64,000 bases of DNA from an uncultured Gemmatimonadaceae bacterium (GCA_963822945.1 CAWGJO010000001.1:1-64000), one strand, 5' to 3'; counted from the stretch's first letter, positions 40,061 to 50,438 are shown. Notes: a model not told the origin generated them from the sequence alone. Made by a program: numbers and translations.

Positions 40061-40071
40061 TACCGGCGTCG

Positions 40072-40955
40072 CTACTTGGGCAACCGCGGCGAGGGCAGGC
40101 TCACCAGCACCGACGTGACGATCAGCACGAGCGCCGCGAACGCAGCTCCAGCCGCGCCGACCGCCTCAGCGTGTCCGACGCCGCCGGCGTTCCCAGCGAG
40201 GGCCGGACCCGGCGCCAATTCCAGGCCCCGAGCCCGAGCACCACCGCGACGACGCACAGTTTGACGATCAGCGCCTGACCGTAGGACGTGGTCCAGAGGG
40301 CCGCGACGTACTTGAGGTGGCGCACGGCGGTCAGCACGCCGGTCGCGACGAGGACCGCGACGGCGGTCAGGGCGAGCGGTGAAAAGGCATTCACCAGATC
40401 GGCCACGGTGAGCGCCTTGTCGTCGTTGCTCTGCGGTCCGCCGAGCACGGTGGGCACCGCGATCGCCATCAGCACGAACAGGGTGCCGATCCACAGCGAT
40501 CCGGCCAGGACGTGCACCGGATTCACCATTGCCGCCCACCGGAGCGACAGCAGATTGCTCAGCGCCGAGCCGATGGTGCCGATGGCCGCCAGCGGCCAGC
40601 CGCTCCCGATGCGCGCCATCACCAATCCGAACCCGACGATGGCGATCGCGTACAGCACCATGTCCACCGCGGGCTGGGCATGCCCGGCGACGAGCACTTC
40701 CACGATCCGCATCTGGCGGGCATGCGCGACGCGGACGACGCTGGCGAACAGCAGCGTGGTGGAGATCGCGATGCCCAGCAGGCCGACGCTCGAAGCCCGG
40801 CGCCCGGCGTTCTCGAACAGCCGGGTGCGCGTGGAATCCGCGGCGTCACGGTTGAGGACCGGGCCGAGGACGGCGTAGCGCAAACCGACGACCCCGATGG
40901 AGAGATAGGCGCCGAGAAAGCCGAGCAGTTCGCGAAGCGGATCGGAGAGATTCAT
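40072..40955 (-). CDS. CopD family membrane protein (one frameshift near 40143)
   Basis: HVLAGSLWIG, FSPLAL, TSYGQALIVKL; C-terminus AFAALVLIVTSVLV in another frame. Confidence 0.78.
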
Positions 40956-40960
40956 GGGTG

Positions 40961-41335
40961 TCAGTTGGCCGCGAGGGAACGCGCGTGCCGGGGGGCACCC
41001 GAGCAAACTAAGACTCGCGGCGAGCTTCGGGAACGCGCAGTGACGCGCTCAGCCCACGCGCGCCCGCAGTGCCGCGGCGATGCGGGTGCCCGCCTCGCCG
41101 AGGGCATCGGCCACGGACTCGACGAGCGCGACGTCGGCAGCCGTGTACTTGCCCCCGCGCCGGTGGTGGCCTCGTTCTGGATCCGGCGCGCCAACTGACG
41201 AATGGTGGCGGTGTGCTCGTGCGTTCTCGCTTCCTCTGCCGACGCGCTCTCGAGGCTGACGGCGTATCGGACCAGGGTCATCGCGTCGTTCATCGACAGG
41301 GGCGAACGGGGCGTTCCCAGTTGATCGCTGATCAT
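40961..41335 (-). CDS. Hypothetical protein
   Basis: ORF fills the gap between co-oriented genes; no recognisable motif; 3' end doubtful. Confidence 0.3.
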   Translation of the reverse strand: MISDQLGTPRSPLSMNDAMTLVRYAVSLESASAEEARTHEHTATIRQLARRIQNEATTGAGASTRLPTSRSSSPWPMPSARRAPASPRHCGRAWAERVTARSRSSPRVLVCSGAPRHARSLAAN

Positions 41336-41434
41336 GACGCGCTCCGCGTTGGGGGGGCCCTACCGATCGGGGACGGCGGGTTCAGCGCCGGTTCCGTCGA
41401 AACATACCCCTTCCGCGCGCGTCCGGGGTGGCCG

Positions 41435-41896
41435 TCAGTCGGCCAGCCCTGGCCGGTCGCGCACGGTCATCATCGTGCCCTGCATGAGCGCGACGAGGGT
41501 CCCGGTCTCGTCGCCGTCCGCGAACGCGCGGAGTTCCCCCTCGCACACGGTGATCGTGCGCCCCGCCTTGCGCACCCGGCCGACGGCCTCGAACCGCCGC
41601 CCGGCGGCGGGCGCCAGCATGTTCACTTTGAATTCGACGCTCAGCACGGCCGCGCCCGGCGGCATGAGCGAGAGCGCCGCGTATCCGCACGCGGAGTCCA
41701 CCACCGACGACACCGCGCCGGCGTGCAGGAACCCGTGCTGCTGCGTGAGTGCCTCGTGGAAGGGCAGGCCGATCACGACCTCGCCGGGCCGGACGAGGTT
41801 CAGGGTGGCGCCGAGTGTGGCCATGAAGGCCTGCCGGGCAAAGCTGCCACGGACCCGGGCTTCGAAGTCGGGATCCCGGGCCTCGAACGCGCTCAT
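41435..41896 (-). CDS. PaaI family thioesterase
   Basis: QQHGFLHAG, DSACG, EFKVNMLAPA hot-dog fold motifs. Confidence 0.92.
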   Translation of the reverse strand: MSAFEARDPDFEARVRGSFARQAFMATLGATLNLVRPGEVVIGLPFHEALTQQHGFLHAGAVSSVVDSACGYAALSLMPPGAAVLSVEFKVNMLAPAAGRRFEAVGRVRKAGRTITVCEGELRAFADGDETGTLVALMQGTMMTVRDRPGLAD

Positions 41897-43449
41897 GGGG
41901 CGCGCCGGAAGATCAGCCGCGGGCCGTTGTCCTGGTCGAGGGTGAGGAGCGGTCCGTCCACGAGGTAACGGAAGGTCTTCACGGTGCTGTCGGCGAAGGT
42001 GAGGCGCACGCGATCTCCGGCCACGAATGCGTAGTGCGCGTCAGTCGCCGGCTGGCCGGGCTCCTCGATCACGTGCACCGTGCCGCCGGGGGCGAAGTCG
42101 TAGCTCACCGGCACGTCGGGGCCCGTCATCCCCAACCAGTGCGCGACGACGGCCTGCGAGTCGGCGGGCGCGCCGTTCGCGAGATTGCGGTAGACCTTGC
42201 CGCCCTTCATCACGAACTCCACGCGATGGAGCGCCGTGATGTCCACCGACGGATCGCCGCGGGTGGCGATGAGGTCGGCTTCGTAGCCCGGGGCCAGAGT
42301 GCCGATCGACTCACCCATGCCGATGGCCTGGGCGGCGAGCGACGTGGCCGAGACGATCGCCTTCATGGGGTCCTCGCCGGCCTGCCGCACGCGGCAGATG
42401 AGGTCGTCCACGTTGCGCCCGTCCGATCCGGCCACCGCGTCGGTGCCGAACACGACTTTCAGCCCCGGCGTCGCGTCCGCGCGCTTGATCAGGTTCACCG
42501 CGTCCGGCAGCACCCGCTGCATGGCCGCGAACCCTTCGTCGTTGTAGTTGCCGATCCCCTGGTACCGGGCGCGGTTCTGGAGATAGTTGCGGAACACCAG
42601 GCTGCACTGCGGATCGAAGTAGACGCCGCGGGCGGCCATCAGCGCGAGATCGGAGTCGGTGGCGAACAGACCGTGCTCGATCTGGGTGCACCCGGCGTTG
42701 ACGGCCGCCTCGACGCTCGCCGAACTGTGGGCGTGGACGAGCGTCCGGAGCCCGACTGCCTTGGCCTCCCCGCACAGCGCCTGCAGCTGGGCGTCGCTCA
42801 TCGTCTGCTTGCCGCCGTCACGAATGCTCGCCGACGCGAAGATCTTTATGAAGTCGGCGTCGTCCGCCTTGTGCCGGCGCACGAGGGCCCGCATGGAGTC
42901 CGGCGACAGGCGCGGATCGGCGAACGGCATCAGCGACGTCAGGATGCGCGGGCCGGGCACGTCGCCGCGGGCAATCGCGTCGCGCAGCGCCCGGTCGCGC
43001 GGGTCGCCGGGGCTCTGGATCGTCGTCACGCCGCCCAGCAGGGTGGCGAGCGCGTTCTCCTGCATGGCGGTCGCGACGTCGCCGGCGGATTCGCCGTCTC
43101 GCGCGGTGTGCAGCCGTCCCTCGCGATCGAAGAACCAGGCCACGTGCGCATGGGAATCGATGAGCCCCGGCAGGATGGTGAGGCCGGTGAGGTCGTACGT
43201 CACGGGCGCGTCGGCCGCGCCGCGGCCGAACCGCCCGCGCCCGCCGCGGCCCATGCTGCCCACGCGCACGATGCGCCCGTTGCGGATCATGATCGTGGCG
43301 TCGTCGCTGCTGCCACCGCGGCCGTCGAGGATCCGGTCGGCGCGGATGGTGATCGGCGTGCTCTGCGCGGCGGCGGGGGCGGGGGCGGACATGGCGGCGG
43401 TCAACGCGAAGGCGAGCATGGCGCGGAGCGCCAGGGAAACGCGGGGCAT
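41893..43449 (-). CDS. Secreted amidohydrolase family protein (Xaa-Pro dipeptidase-like) with an extra C-terminal domain
   Basis: Signal peptide, PGLIDSHAH, FIKIF, VHAH, IEHG, FGTD, VMKGG. Confidence 0.88.
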   Translation of the reverse strand: MPRVSLALRAMLAFALTAAMSAPAPAAAQSTPITIRADRILDGRGGSSDDATIMIRNGRIVRVGSMGRGGRGRFGRGAADAPVTYDLTGLTILPGLIDSHAHVAWFFDREGRLHTARDGESAGDVATAMQENALATLLGGVTTIQSPGDPRDRALRDAIARGDVPGPRILTSLMPFADPRLSPDSMRALVRRHKADDADFIKIFASASIRDGGKQTMSDAQLQALCGEAKAVGLRTLVHAHSSASVEAAVNAGCTQIEHGLFATDSDLALMAARGVYFDPQCSLVFRNYLQNRARYQGIGNYNDEGFAAMQRVLPDAVNLIKRADATPGLKVVFGTDAVAGSDGRNVDDLICRVRQAGEDPMKAIVSATSLAAQAIGMGESIGTLAPGYEADLIATRGDPSVDITALHRVEFVMKGGKVYRNLANGAPADSQAVVAHWLGMTGPDVPVSYDFAPGGTVHVIEEPGQPATDAHYAFVAGDRVRLTFADSTVKTFRYLVDGPLLTLDQDNGPRLIFRRAP

Positions 43450-43467
43450 ACGACCTTCCGGAGGCGG

Positions 43468-43977
43468 CTACGGGGCGGACGTGGCGGAACGGAGTTCTGC
43501 CGGAGATACGGCGCCGATGGATGCGGCGTTGCCGGCCACGAGGCGGCGATGGTAGTCGATCTGCCCCAGGTGATACGTGAGGTGGGTAGCCAGATGGATG
43601 AGCATGTCCTCCGTGGCGCAGTGCTTGCCGGCCACTGCCTGCGGAAAGGTGGCCGACATCTGCGTGTCGGTGAGCCGCGACATCACGGCGCCCACGTCGT
43701 CGATCGCGGCGTCGAGTTCCCGCTTCAACTCGGTCCGCGGCACGTTGCGCCGGCTGAACTCGGCGTCCCGGTCGCGGACGTAGCCGGTGTTGCCCAGCAC
43801 AGCACCGATGTAGTGCCGCAGGTTGCCGGCCAGGTGCAGGGCCAGGGTGCCGGCCGAGTTCGGGATCGTCTCGGTGAGCTTCCAGAGGTCCGCTTCGTGC
43901 TCGTAGGCCTGGAGTTCGCGCTGCACGGCGCCGAGATCGCGCACGAGCACGCCTCCGATCAGTTCTGCGGTCGTCAT
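43468..43977 (-). CDS. DinB/YfiT family protein
   Basis: NSAGTLALHLAGN, YVRDRDAEF, HLTYHLGQI. Confidence 0.88.
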   Translation of the reverse strand: MTTAELIGGVLVRDLGAVQRELQAYEHEADLWKLTETIPNSAGTLALHLAGNLRHYIGAVLGNTGYVRDRDAEFSRRNVPRTELKRELDAAIDDVGAVMSRLTDTQMSATFPQAVAGKHCATEDMLIHLATHLTYHLGQIDYHRRLVAGNAASIGAVSPAELRSATSAP

Positions 43978-44072
43978 CGGGCGGTCCTGGTGAGGGTAAT
44001 CGCCGGCGTGGACACCGTCGCTCAATGCGCGACGAAACTACCTCGTGCGTCGTACCACCGCCACGCTCGGGA

Positions 44073-44531
44073 CTACGGGGCGGGCGGCTCCTGCTCGAAT
44101 CGCCGGACCTTCTGCAGTCGCCGTTCGTACCGGTCGAACCCCTTGTACTCGGCGCCAAGGAAGGCGTGCACCAGTTCCGCGGCCAGTTCGGCGCCGATCA
44201 CCCGGCCGCCCAGACAGAGCACGTTCATGGCATCGTCCTCCACGCCCTGGCGCGCCGCGTACGTGTCGTGGCAGATCGCCGCGCGGACTCCCGGAAACTT
44301 GTTCGCGGCCACGGAAATGCCGACGCCGCTCCCGCAGATCAGAATGCCCCGGGCAGCCCGTCCGTCGGCAACCGCATGCGCCACCCGTTCCGCATAGTCG
44401 GGGTAATCGTCCTCAGGTAGGAGCGTCATGGCCCCGCAATCCAGCGGTTCGTGGCTGCTCTCCGCCACCGCGCGCAACACGCGCTCCTTGAGCGAGAAGC
44501 CACCATGGTCGGTCCCGATCGCGACGATCAT
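44073..44531 (-). CDS. rpiB: Ribose 5-phosphate isomerase B family
   Basis: DHGG, DYPD, CGSGVG, ANKFPGVRAA, NVLCLG. Confidence 0.92.
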   Translation of the reverse strand: MIVAIGTDHGGFSLKERVLRAVAESSHEPLDCGAMTLLPEDDYPDYAERVAHAVADGRAARGILICGSGVGISVAANKFPGVRAAICHDTYAARQGVEDDAMNVLCLGGRVIGAELAAELVHAFLGAEYKGFDRYERRLQKVRRFEQEPPAP

Positions 44532-44600
44532 ACGTCCGGAATCTAGACGTTGAGAAATCTCGAGCTAGCCCTCTGGTGTAGCCCTCCTTATAGTGCACGG

Positions 44601-46139
44601 GTGAAACGCACTGCCTCCGCACTCCTGGCAGCGTGCGCGCTGGCGGCGTGTGCGCGACGTCCGGCGCTCTCGCCGGCTCCTGTTCCCGCCCCCCTGCCGC
44701 CGGCCGCAGGCGCGGACTCCACGGTCCGCACCTCCGGCACGGATTCCACGGGAACGCGCGCCGATTCCGCGCATACGGCCGCCGACTCCGCCGCGCTTCG
44801 CGTCGACTCGGTGGCCGTGAGCGACAGCGACGTCACGACGAGTGCGTCGAAGATGTTCGGCGATTCGGCGGCGGTGGTGGACTCAGCCGGCCCAACGTGG
44901 GATATCGACGTTCGGTCGTACGAGACGCGCGATCGCGTGCAGCACTATGTGTCGCTGTTCACCGGATCGGCCAAGGACCGCATCGTCGACTGGCTTGAGC
45001 GGGGCACGCGATACGAGTCGATGATCCGCAACGCGTTCCGCTCGGCCGGCCTGCCCGAGGACATGTACTACCTGGGGCTCATCGAGAGCGGCTACAACCC
45101 GAATGCGTACTCCAAGGCGGCCGCCGTGGGCATGTGGCAGTTCATGACGGGCACGGCGCGTGGGATGGGGCTGCGGGTGGATTGGTGGATCGACGAACGT
45201 CGCGATCCGGTGAAGTCCACGGTTGCGGCCGCGAAGTTCATCGCCGGGTTGCGCAACCAGTTCGGCTCGCTGTACCTGGCGGCCGCCGCGTACGACGGCG
45301 GTCCCGGGCGGATCTCGCGGGGGCTCGCGCGCTACGCCGATGCCCTGCAGGACACCGAAGGCGACGACCTGTTCTTCGAACTCGCGGACAAGGACTATCT
45401 GCGCGCCGAGACTCGCGAATACGTGCCGCAGCTCATCGCGGCGGCCCTCGTGGCCAAGGCGCCGAAACGCTACGGGCTGGACATCAAGCCAGAGTCGGCG
45501 TTCGTGTACGACTCGGTCCGGGTGGGCCCGATGACGCCGCTGGCGGCGGTCGCCTCGGCCGCCGGCACCACCGTCGACGCCCTGGAGGAACTCAACCCGC
45601 AGATCCTGCGTGGCATGGCGCCGCCCAGCGATTCCATCCAGGTCCGGATTCCGGTGGGCAGCGCCGCGCGGTTCGACAGCAGCTTCGCCGCGCTACCGAA
45701 GAGCGAACGGAGGGGGGCGGTCATCGTCCGGTCGCGGTCGGGCCAGTACATCTCCACGATCGCCCGCAAGTACCATCTCACCAACCACCAGCTCGAGGAG
45801 TTCAACCCCAAGCTGCGCCGGTACCGGAGCGGCCACCTGGTGCCGGGCCAGAGGGTGATCGTGCCCACGCGGGCGGTGGCCCTGGCCGCGCGCGACGTCC
45901 CCAATCCGGCGATCGAACTCTACGGACTGGTGAACGGACGCCACGTGGTGCGCAAGGGAGAGACGCTGAGCGGTCTGGCCGTGAAGTACCACACGACGGT
46001 CAAGCACATCATGGCGCTCAACCACCTCAAGCGCGACATGATCTTCATCGGACAGACGCTCCGCATTACCGGGTCGGTGCGCCGGGAGTCGTCCACGTCT
46101 TCCGGAAAAGGGTCGAGGAAGTCCAGCAGCGGCAGGTAG
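44601..46139 (+). CDS. MltD-like lytic transglycosylase lipoprotein with LysM domains
   Basis: Lipobox LAAC, IESG, GMWQFM, DERRDP, ETREYVP, HVVRKGETL. Confidence 0.9.
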   Translation: MKRTASALLAACALAACARRPALSPAPVPAPLPPAAGADSTVRTSGTDSTGTRADSAHTAADSAALRVDSVAVSDSDVTTSASKMFGDSAAVVDSAGPTWDIDVRSYETRDRVQHYVSLFTGSAKDRIVDWLERGTRYESMIRNAFRSAGLPEDMYYLGLIESGYNPNAYSKAAAVGMWQFMTGTARGMGLRVDWWIDERRDPVKSTVAAAKFIAGLRNQFGSLYLAAAAYDGGPGRISRGLARYADALQDTEGDDLFFELADKDYLRAETREYVPQLIAAALVAKAPKRYGLDIKPESAFVYDSVRVGPMTPLAAVASAAGTTVDALEELNPQILRGMAPPSDSIQVRIPVGSAARFDSSFAALPKSERRGAVIVRSRSGQYISTIARKYHLTNHQLEEFNPKLRRYRSGHLVPGQRVIVPTRAVALAARDVPNPAIELYGLVNGRHVVRKGETLSGLAVKYHTTVKHIMALNHLKRDMIFIGQTLRITGSVRRESSTSSGKGSRKSSSGR

Positions 46140-46173
46140 GCGCGGATGCGTCACGCGCCGCCTGCGCTCCTGT

Positions 46174-46881
46174 TCAGTCGATGATGCCGGTTCCCTTGTA
46201 GCCCTTCATCAGGATCCGGTCGTATCCGTTGGTCGGATTCCGCCCCTTCGAGGTGGCCGCGTTCACGGCGACTTCGCCCCGATTGTAGACGAGCAACGCC
46301 AGGCTTATCTGCCCGTGGTACTGCTCCACGAGCGAGTGCAGGTACCGGAACCCGATGTGCAGGTTCAGGTCGGGCTCGAACAGCTGGTCGTTGCGCAGGT
46401 TCTTCTGATAGAATCGCGCCGTCGCCGGCATGAGCTGGGTCAGGCCGAGCGCCCCCGCCGAGCTCACCGCCCGCGGGTTGAAGTCGCTCTCCAGTTTGAC
46501 CAGCCGGAACGCCAATTCGGGGTCCACGTTCTCGGCGATTGCCGCGTCGTAGACCTTCCCGGTCATGTCGGCGGAGACGCCGTACTTGGCCGAGTAATGA
46601 ATGATGCGGTTGGCCCGCTGGAGCCGGCCTTCGAGGTCGGAGACCCGGCTCTTGGTGCTGGCCAACTGGGCCCGGAGGCTCGCGGCCTCGCCGAGCGGGG
46701 CCGAGGAGTGCTCATGTGCGACAACCGCCGCCTGGGCAACTTCGACCGAGGGCGACGGATAGAGCACGAGGATCATCGCCGCGGCTGCTCCAGCCCCAAC
46801 GATACCGAGCAAACGTTTCATCCGACGTCGTCGTCTCGCGGCGTCGCCGCGATGCACATAAGTGCCAGATTGATAACGCAT
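46174..46881 (-). CDS. SLT-domain lytic transglycosylase
   Basis: LESDFNPRAVSSAGALGLTQLMPATA, YNRG. Confidence 0.9.
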   Translation of the reverse strand: MRYQSGTYVHRGDAARRRRRMKRLLGIVGAGAAAAMILVLYPSPSVEVAQAAVVAHEHSSAPLGEAASLRAQLASTKSRVSDLEGRLQRANRIIHYSAKYGVSADMTGKVYDAAIAENVDPELAFRLVKLESDFNPRAVSSAGALGLTQLMPATARFYQKNLRNDQLFEPDLNLHIGFRYLHSLVEQYHGQISLALLVYNRGEVAVNAATSKGRNPTNGYDRILMKGYKGTGIID

Positions 46882-46960
46882 AAGTTGTTTGTTGACAAAG
46901 AGTTAGATACTATCTACCACCGCTTATCCTATGTGACAATAAGCGAGTCCAGCCCGGCCA

Positions 46961-47440
46961 TCAAGCTCTGGTCCAGTCCCCGGTTTGTCCACCTGTTTTT
47001 TCCAGCAGGCGTACCTGCTCGATGGTCATCGAGCGGTCGATGGCCTTGGCCATGTCGTACACCGTAACGAGCGCGATGGTCACGGCCACGAGGGCTTCCA
47101 TTTCGATCCCGGTGCGGGCGGTGGTCCTGGTCGTGGCTTCGGCCTGGAGGCCGGGTAGGCGGGGGTCGAGGGCGAGCGTCACCTGGACGTCGTCGAGGGG
47201 AAGCGGGTGGCAGAGCGGGATCAACTCGGCCGTTCGCTTGGCCGCCATCACGCCGGCAATGCGGGCCACGCCGATCACGTCGCCCTTGGCCAGTTCGTTC
47301 GCCTGGATGGCCTCCAGGGTGGCAGGCGCCATGCGGATGAGGCCGGCGGCACGGGCGGTCCGCACGGTGACGGGCTTGGCCGACACGTCCACCATGCGCG
47401 CCTGGCCATCGGGTCCCACGTGAGAGAGGTCATTGGTCAT
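46961..47440 (-). CDS. moaC: Cyclic pyranopterin monophosphate synthase
   Basis: MVDVSAK, KGDV, LIPLCHPL, TGIEMEAL, YDMAKAID, KTGG. Confidence 0.96.
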   Translation of the reverse strand: MTNDLSHVGPDGQARMVDVSAKPVTVRTARAAGLIRMAPATLEAIQANELAKGDVIGVARIAGVMAAKRTAELIPLCHPLPLDDVQVTLALDPRLPGLQAEATTRTTARTGIEMEALVAVTIALVTVYDMAKAIDRSMTIEQVRLLEKTGGQTGDWTRA

Positions 47441-48510
47441 CGCAGGGCTGCCTCCAGCTCTCCGAGCAGGGTGAAGGTGACCAGTTGGGGGTTGGCGTTC
47501 CCCGCCGCCCTGGCCTTGGCGCGTTCCACGGCATCGGCCGCCCGAGCCGCCCGAACAGCGGCATCGTCGTCCGCACGGGCCACCGCGGCACGCGTCCGCT
47601 CGTTCAACAGCACGGTGAGCGCCTCGAGTGCATCCGCGAAGCCACCCCGGGACTTTGCGCTTCCCTGGACGAAGGCGGTGTGCATGCGCGTGGCCCGGTC
47701 GGCGGTGGCCGCCTCGAGCATGCGCCGCGCCCGCGCAACCGCTTCTCCAAGCGCCGACTGGGCGAGCAGTGTACCCGGGGCTCCACCGGCGATGCGGAGC
47801 AGCTCGGCGCGGTCCTGGGGCAACGACTGCTCCTGCAGGTACGTCTGGACCCGTTCATCCGCCAGAAATGCGGTGACCTCGGCGTCGGTGAGGCGGGCCA
47901 TGCGCACGGCGATCACCCGTGAGCGAATGGTCGGGATCAGGGCGCCGGGCTCGCTGGACGTGAGGATGATGTTGGTGTTGGCCGGGGGCTCCTCGAGCAG
48001 CTTGAGGAACGCGTTAGCCGCCTGGTCGGCGCCTTCCTGCGAGACCATCCGTTCGGCGTCGCCGATGATGAGAACCTTGCGCGCGGACACGGCTGGGGCG
48101 AGGGCGGCGGTCTGCACGATGGCCCGGATCGTCGCGATGTAGATGCCTTCATTGCCCCCGGGGGGCGCGTACAGGCCGTTCGCGGCCACGCGGTCGGCAA
48201 TTGCATCGCCATAGTCGGCCAGGACGTCGGCGGGCGTGGGGTTGCTGTCCTTGAGGCGCGGCCGCGGGAATATCCAATGGAGGTCGGGGTGCGTGCCGGC
48301 CGCGGTGTACCGGCACTGCTGGCAAGCGCCGCAGGGGCGGGGGGCGGCGCCGTCGCAGAGCAGGCGCTGCCCCAGCCAGAGGGCGAGGCGCTGCTTGCCG
48401 ATGCCGGCCGGGCCGTGCAGGAGCAGGCTGGCGGGGAGGGTGCCGCGCTCGACCGCGGATTCCAGGCGCCGGCGCACGGCATCGTGGCCGAAGAGTGGGA
48501 TGGTGGACAC
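47437..48510 (-). CDS. holB: DNA polymerase III delta' subunit
   Basis: LLLHGPAGIGK, PCGACQQC, HPDL, AANAFLKLLEEPP, PTIRSR. Confidence 0.88.
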   Translation of the reverse strand: MSTIPLFGHDAVRRRLESAVERGTLPASLLLHGPAGIGKQRLALWLGQRLLCDGAAPRPCGACQQCRYTAAGTHPDLHWIFPRPRLKDSNPTPADVLADYGDAIADRVAANGLYAPPGGNEGIYIATIRAIVQTAALAPAVSARKVLIIGDAERMVSQEGADQAANAFLKLLEEPPANTNIILTSSEPGALIPTIRSRVIAVRMARLTDAEVTAFLADERVQTYLQEQSLPQDRAELLRIAGGAPGTLLAQSALGEAVARARRMLEAATADRATRMHTAFVQGSAKSRGGFADALEALTVLLNERTRAAVARADDDAAVRAARAADAVERAKARAAGNANPQLVTFTLLGELEAALR

Positions 48511-48586
48511 TCGGGGAAGATACCGTGCTGAGGGCGCCGGCGGATGAGGCGGGCGGGGGCGTCCTCCGGGGGGCCTGCTGCGAAAT

Positions 48587-48601
48587 CTTTGCGACACAAA
48601 G
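48587..48601. promoter_or_regulatory. Palindromic operator candidate CTTTG-N5-CAAAG
   Basis: Inverted repeat about 40 nt upstream of the second membrane protein/wHTH cassette; same geometry as 21363-21379. Confidence 0.55.
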
Positions 48602-48639
48602 TACTTGCCAAGAATACAGGGACGACGCAAGATACAGGC

Positions 48640-49254
48640 ATGCCCAGTTCCGCGCCGCTCAAGCCGCGCCCCACCCGCCCGCCGGAGATGCACGAGCGGG
48701 CGATGGACAATCTGCGCTTCATCCGCGAGACGATGGAGCGCGCGGGCGCGTTCACCGCCGTGTCGGGGTGGGGGGAAGTGATCATCGGCCTGACGGCCGT
48801 GGCGGCCGCGCTGGTGGCCGATGCCCAGCCGACCGCCGGCCGGTGGGTGGCGGCCTGGCTTGGCGAGGCGGTGGTGGCCGGGAGCATCTCGGCCTGGGCC
48901 ACGTGGCGCAAGGCCCGTGCGGCGCGCGTGTCCCTGTTGTCGGGGCCGGGGCAGAAGCTGGTTCTGGCGTTCGCGCCGGCGATGCTCGTCGGGGCGGTGC
49001 TCACGGCGGCGCTGAGCGCCCACGGGCTGCAGGGCATGCTGCCGGCCGTGTGGATGCTGCTGTACGGCGCGGGGGTGATCGCGGCGGGCGCGTACTCGGT
49101 GCGCATCGTCCCGGTCATGGGGGCGGCGTTCATCGTGCTGGGCACGGCGGCGTTGCTCACACCGGCGGCCTGGAACACGGCGCTGCTCGTGGCCGGGTTC
49201 GGAGGGGTACACATCACGTTCGGGTTTCTGATTGCGCGGAGGCATGGTGGGTAA
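48640..49254 (+). CDS. Hypothetical multi-pass membrane protein
   Basis: AMDNLRFIRETMERA N-terminus, about 6 TM segments, GFGGVHITFG. Confidence 0.8.
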   Translation: MPSSAPLKPRPTRPPEMHERAMDNLRFIRETMERAGAFTAVSGWGEVIIGLTAVAAALVADAQPTAGRWVAAWLGEAVVAGSISAWATWRKARAARVSLLSGPGQKLVLAFAPAMLVGAVLTAALSAHGLQGMLPAVWMLLYGAGVIAAGAYSVRIVPVMGAAFIVLGTAALLTPAAWNTALLVAGFGGVHITFGFLIARRHGG

Positions 49255-49654
49255 GCAGAGTGCGGTTCCCAAGGACGACAGCGATCGTGGCCGTGGCGCG
49301 CGGAAGACGCCGCACGGGCTGAGTTCCGTGCGCGGCAAGTCGCCCGACGAGCCCGGCAGCGCGCTGGAACTGGATCGTCTGATTCACGAGCGGATGCGCC
49401 TGGGCATCGTGAGCGCCCTCGCCGTGAACGACCGCCTGAGCTTCAACGACCTGAAGGCGTTGATGCAGACCACCGACGGGAACTTGAGCGTGCACGCACG
49501 CAAGCTCGAAGACGCCGGGTACGTGACGTGCAGCAAGTCGTTCGAGGGACGGATGCCGAAGACGCATTACGCGCTCACGGCGGCGGGGCGGCGGGCGCTG
49601 GAGCGCTATCTGGCGCACATGGAGGCGCTCATCCGCGCCACGCGGGAGGGCTGA
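49244..49654 (+). CDS. Winged-helix transcriptional regulator (HTH_34 type)
   Basis: LDRLIHERMRLGIVSAL, TDGNLSVHARKLEDAGYV, PKTHYALT. Confidence 0.9.
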   Translation: MVGKQSAVPKDDSDRGRGARKTPHGLSSVRGKSPDEPGSALELDRLIHERMRLGIVSALAVNDRLSFNDLKALMQTTDGNLSVHARKLEDAGYVTCSKSFEGRMPKTHYALTAAGRRALERYLAHMEALIRATREG

Positions 49655-49657
49655 GCG

Positions 49658-50404
49658 ATGGCGGCGGAGAAGGTCGGCCGGCGGTCCGGCGAACCGCTGC
49701 ACGTAGCCGTGATCATGGACGGCAACGGCCGGTGGGCGAACACACGCACGTTGCCGCGCACGGCGGGGCACCGCGCCGGTGTCCGCACGGCGCGCACCAT
49801 CGTGGAGACCGCCCGCCGTGCCGGCGTCGGGACGCTCACCCTGTACGCCTTCTCGGCGGACAACTGGGGCCGGCCGCACGGCGAGGTGACGGCATTGATG
49901 CGGCTGCTGCGCCGCACGCTCCTCATCGAATCGCGTCGCTGTCACGACAACGGAATCCGGTTGACGGTAATCGGCCGGCGCGACCGGCTGCCCGGCCTGC
50001 TCCTGCGCACGATCGACGAAGCGGAAGCGATGACGGCGTCGTGCCGCGACATGCAGCTCCGCGTAGCGGTGGACTATTCCGCGCGGGACGCGATTCTGCG
50101 CGCCGCCGCCGCGGCGGCCGCCGAGGGGATCGGCCAGGCCGATCTCACGCGGGAGCGGTTCGCGGATCTGCTGGCGCGCGTGGACCACGCGTGCATGACG
50201 GCGCCCGACGTGGATCTGCTGATCCGCACCGGAGGGGAGCAGCGCCTCAGCGACTTCCTGCTGTGGGAGTGCGCCTACGCCGAGTTCGCGTTCACGCGGC
50301 GTATGTGGCCCGACTTCACGGCCGACGAGTTCCTGGAGATTCTCGCCGATTTCGAACGGCGCGAGCGACGGTTCGGCGGCGTGCCGGAGCAGGTGGCGAG
50401 CTAG
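49658..50404 (+). CDS. uppS: Undecaprenyl/polyprenyl diphosphate synthase (cis-prenyltransferase)
   Basis: HVAVIMDGNGRWA, YAFSADNW, DLLIRTGGEQRLSDFLLWE, RRFG. Confidence 0.93.
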   Translation: MAAEKVGRRSGEPLHVAVIMDGNGRWANTRTLPRTAGHRAGVRTARTIVETARRAGVGTLTLYAFSADNWGRPHGEVTALMRLLRRTLLIESRRCHDNGIRLTVIGRRDRLPGLLLRTIDEAEAMTASCRDMQLRVAVDYSARDAILRAAAAAAAEGIGQADLTRERFADLLARVDHACMTAPDVDLLIRTGGEQRLSDFLLWECAYAEFAFTRRMWPDFTADEFLEILADFERRERRFGGVPEQVAS

Positions 50405-50438
50405 TCGTCGCGCCGGGCCGGGAAGCGGACGCCGGCGA

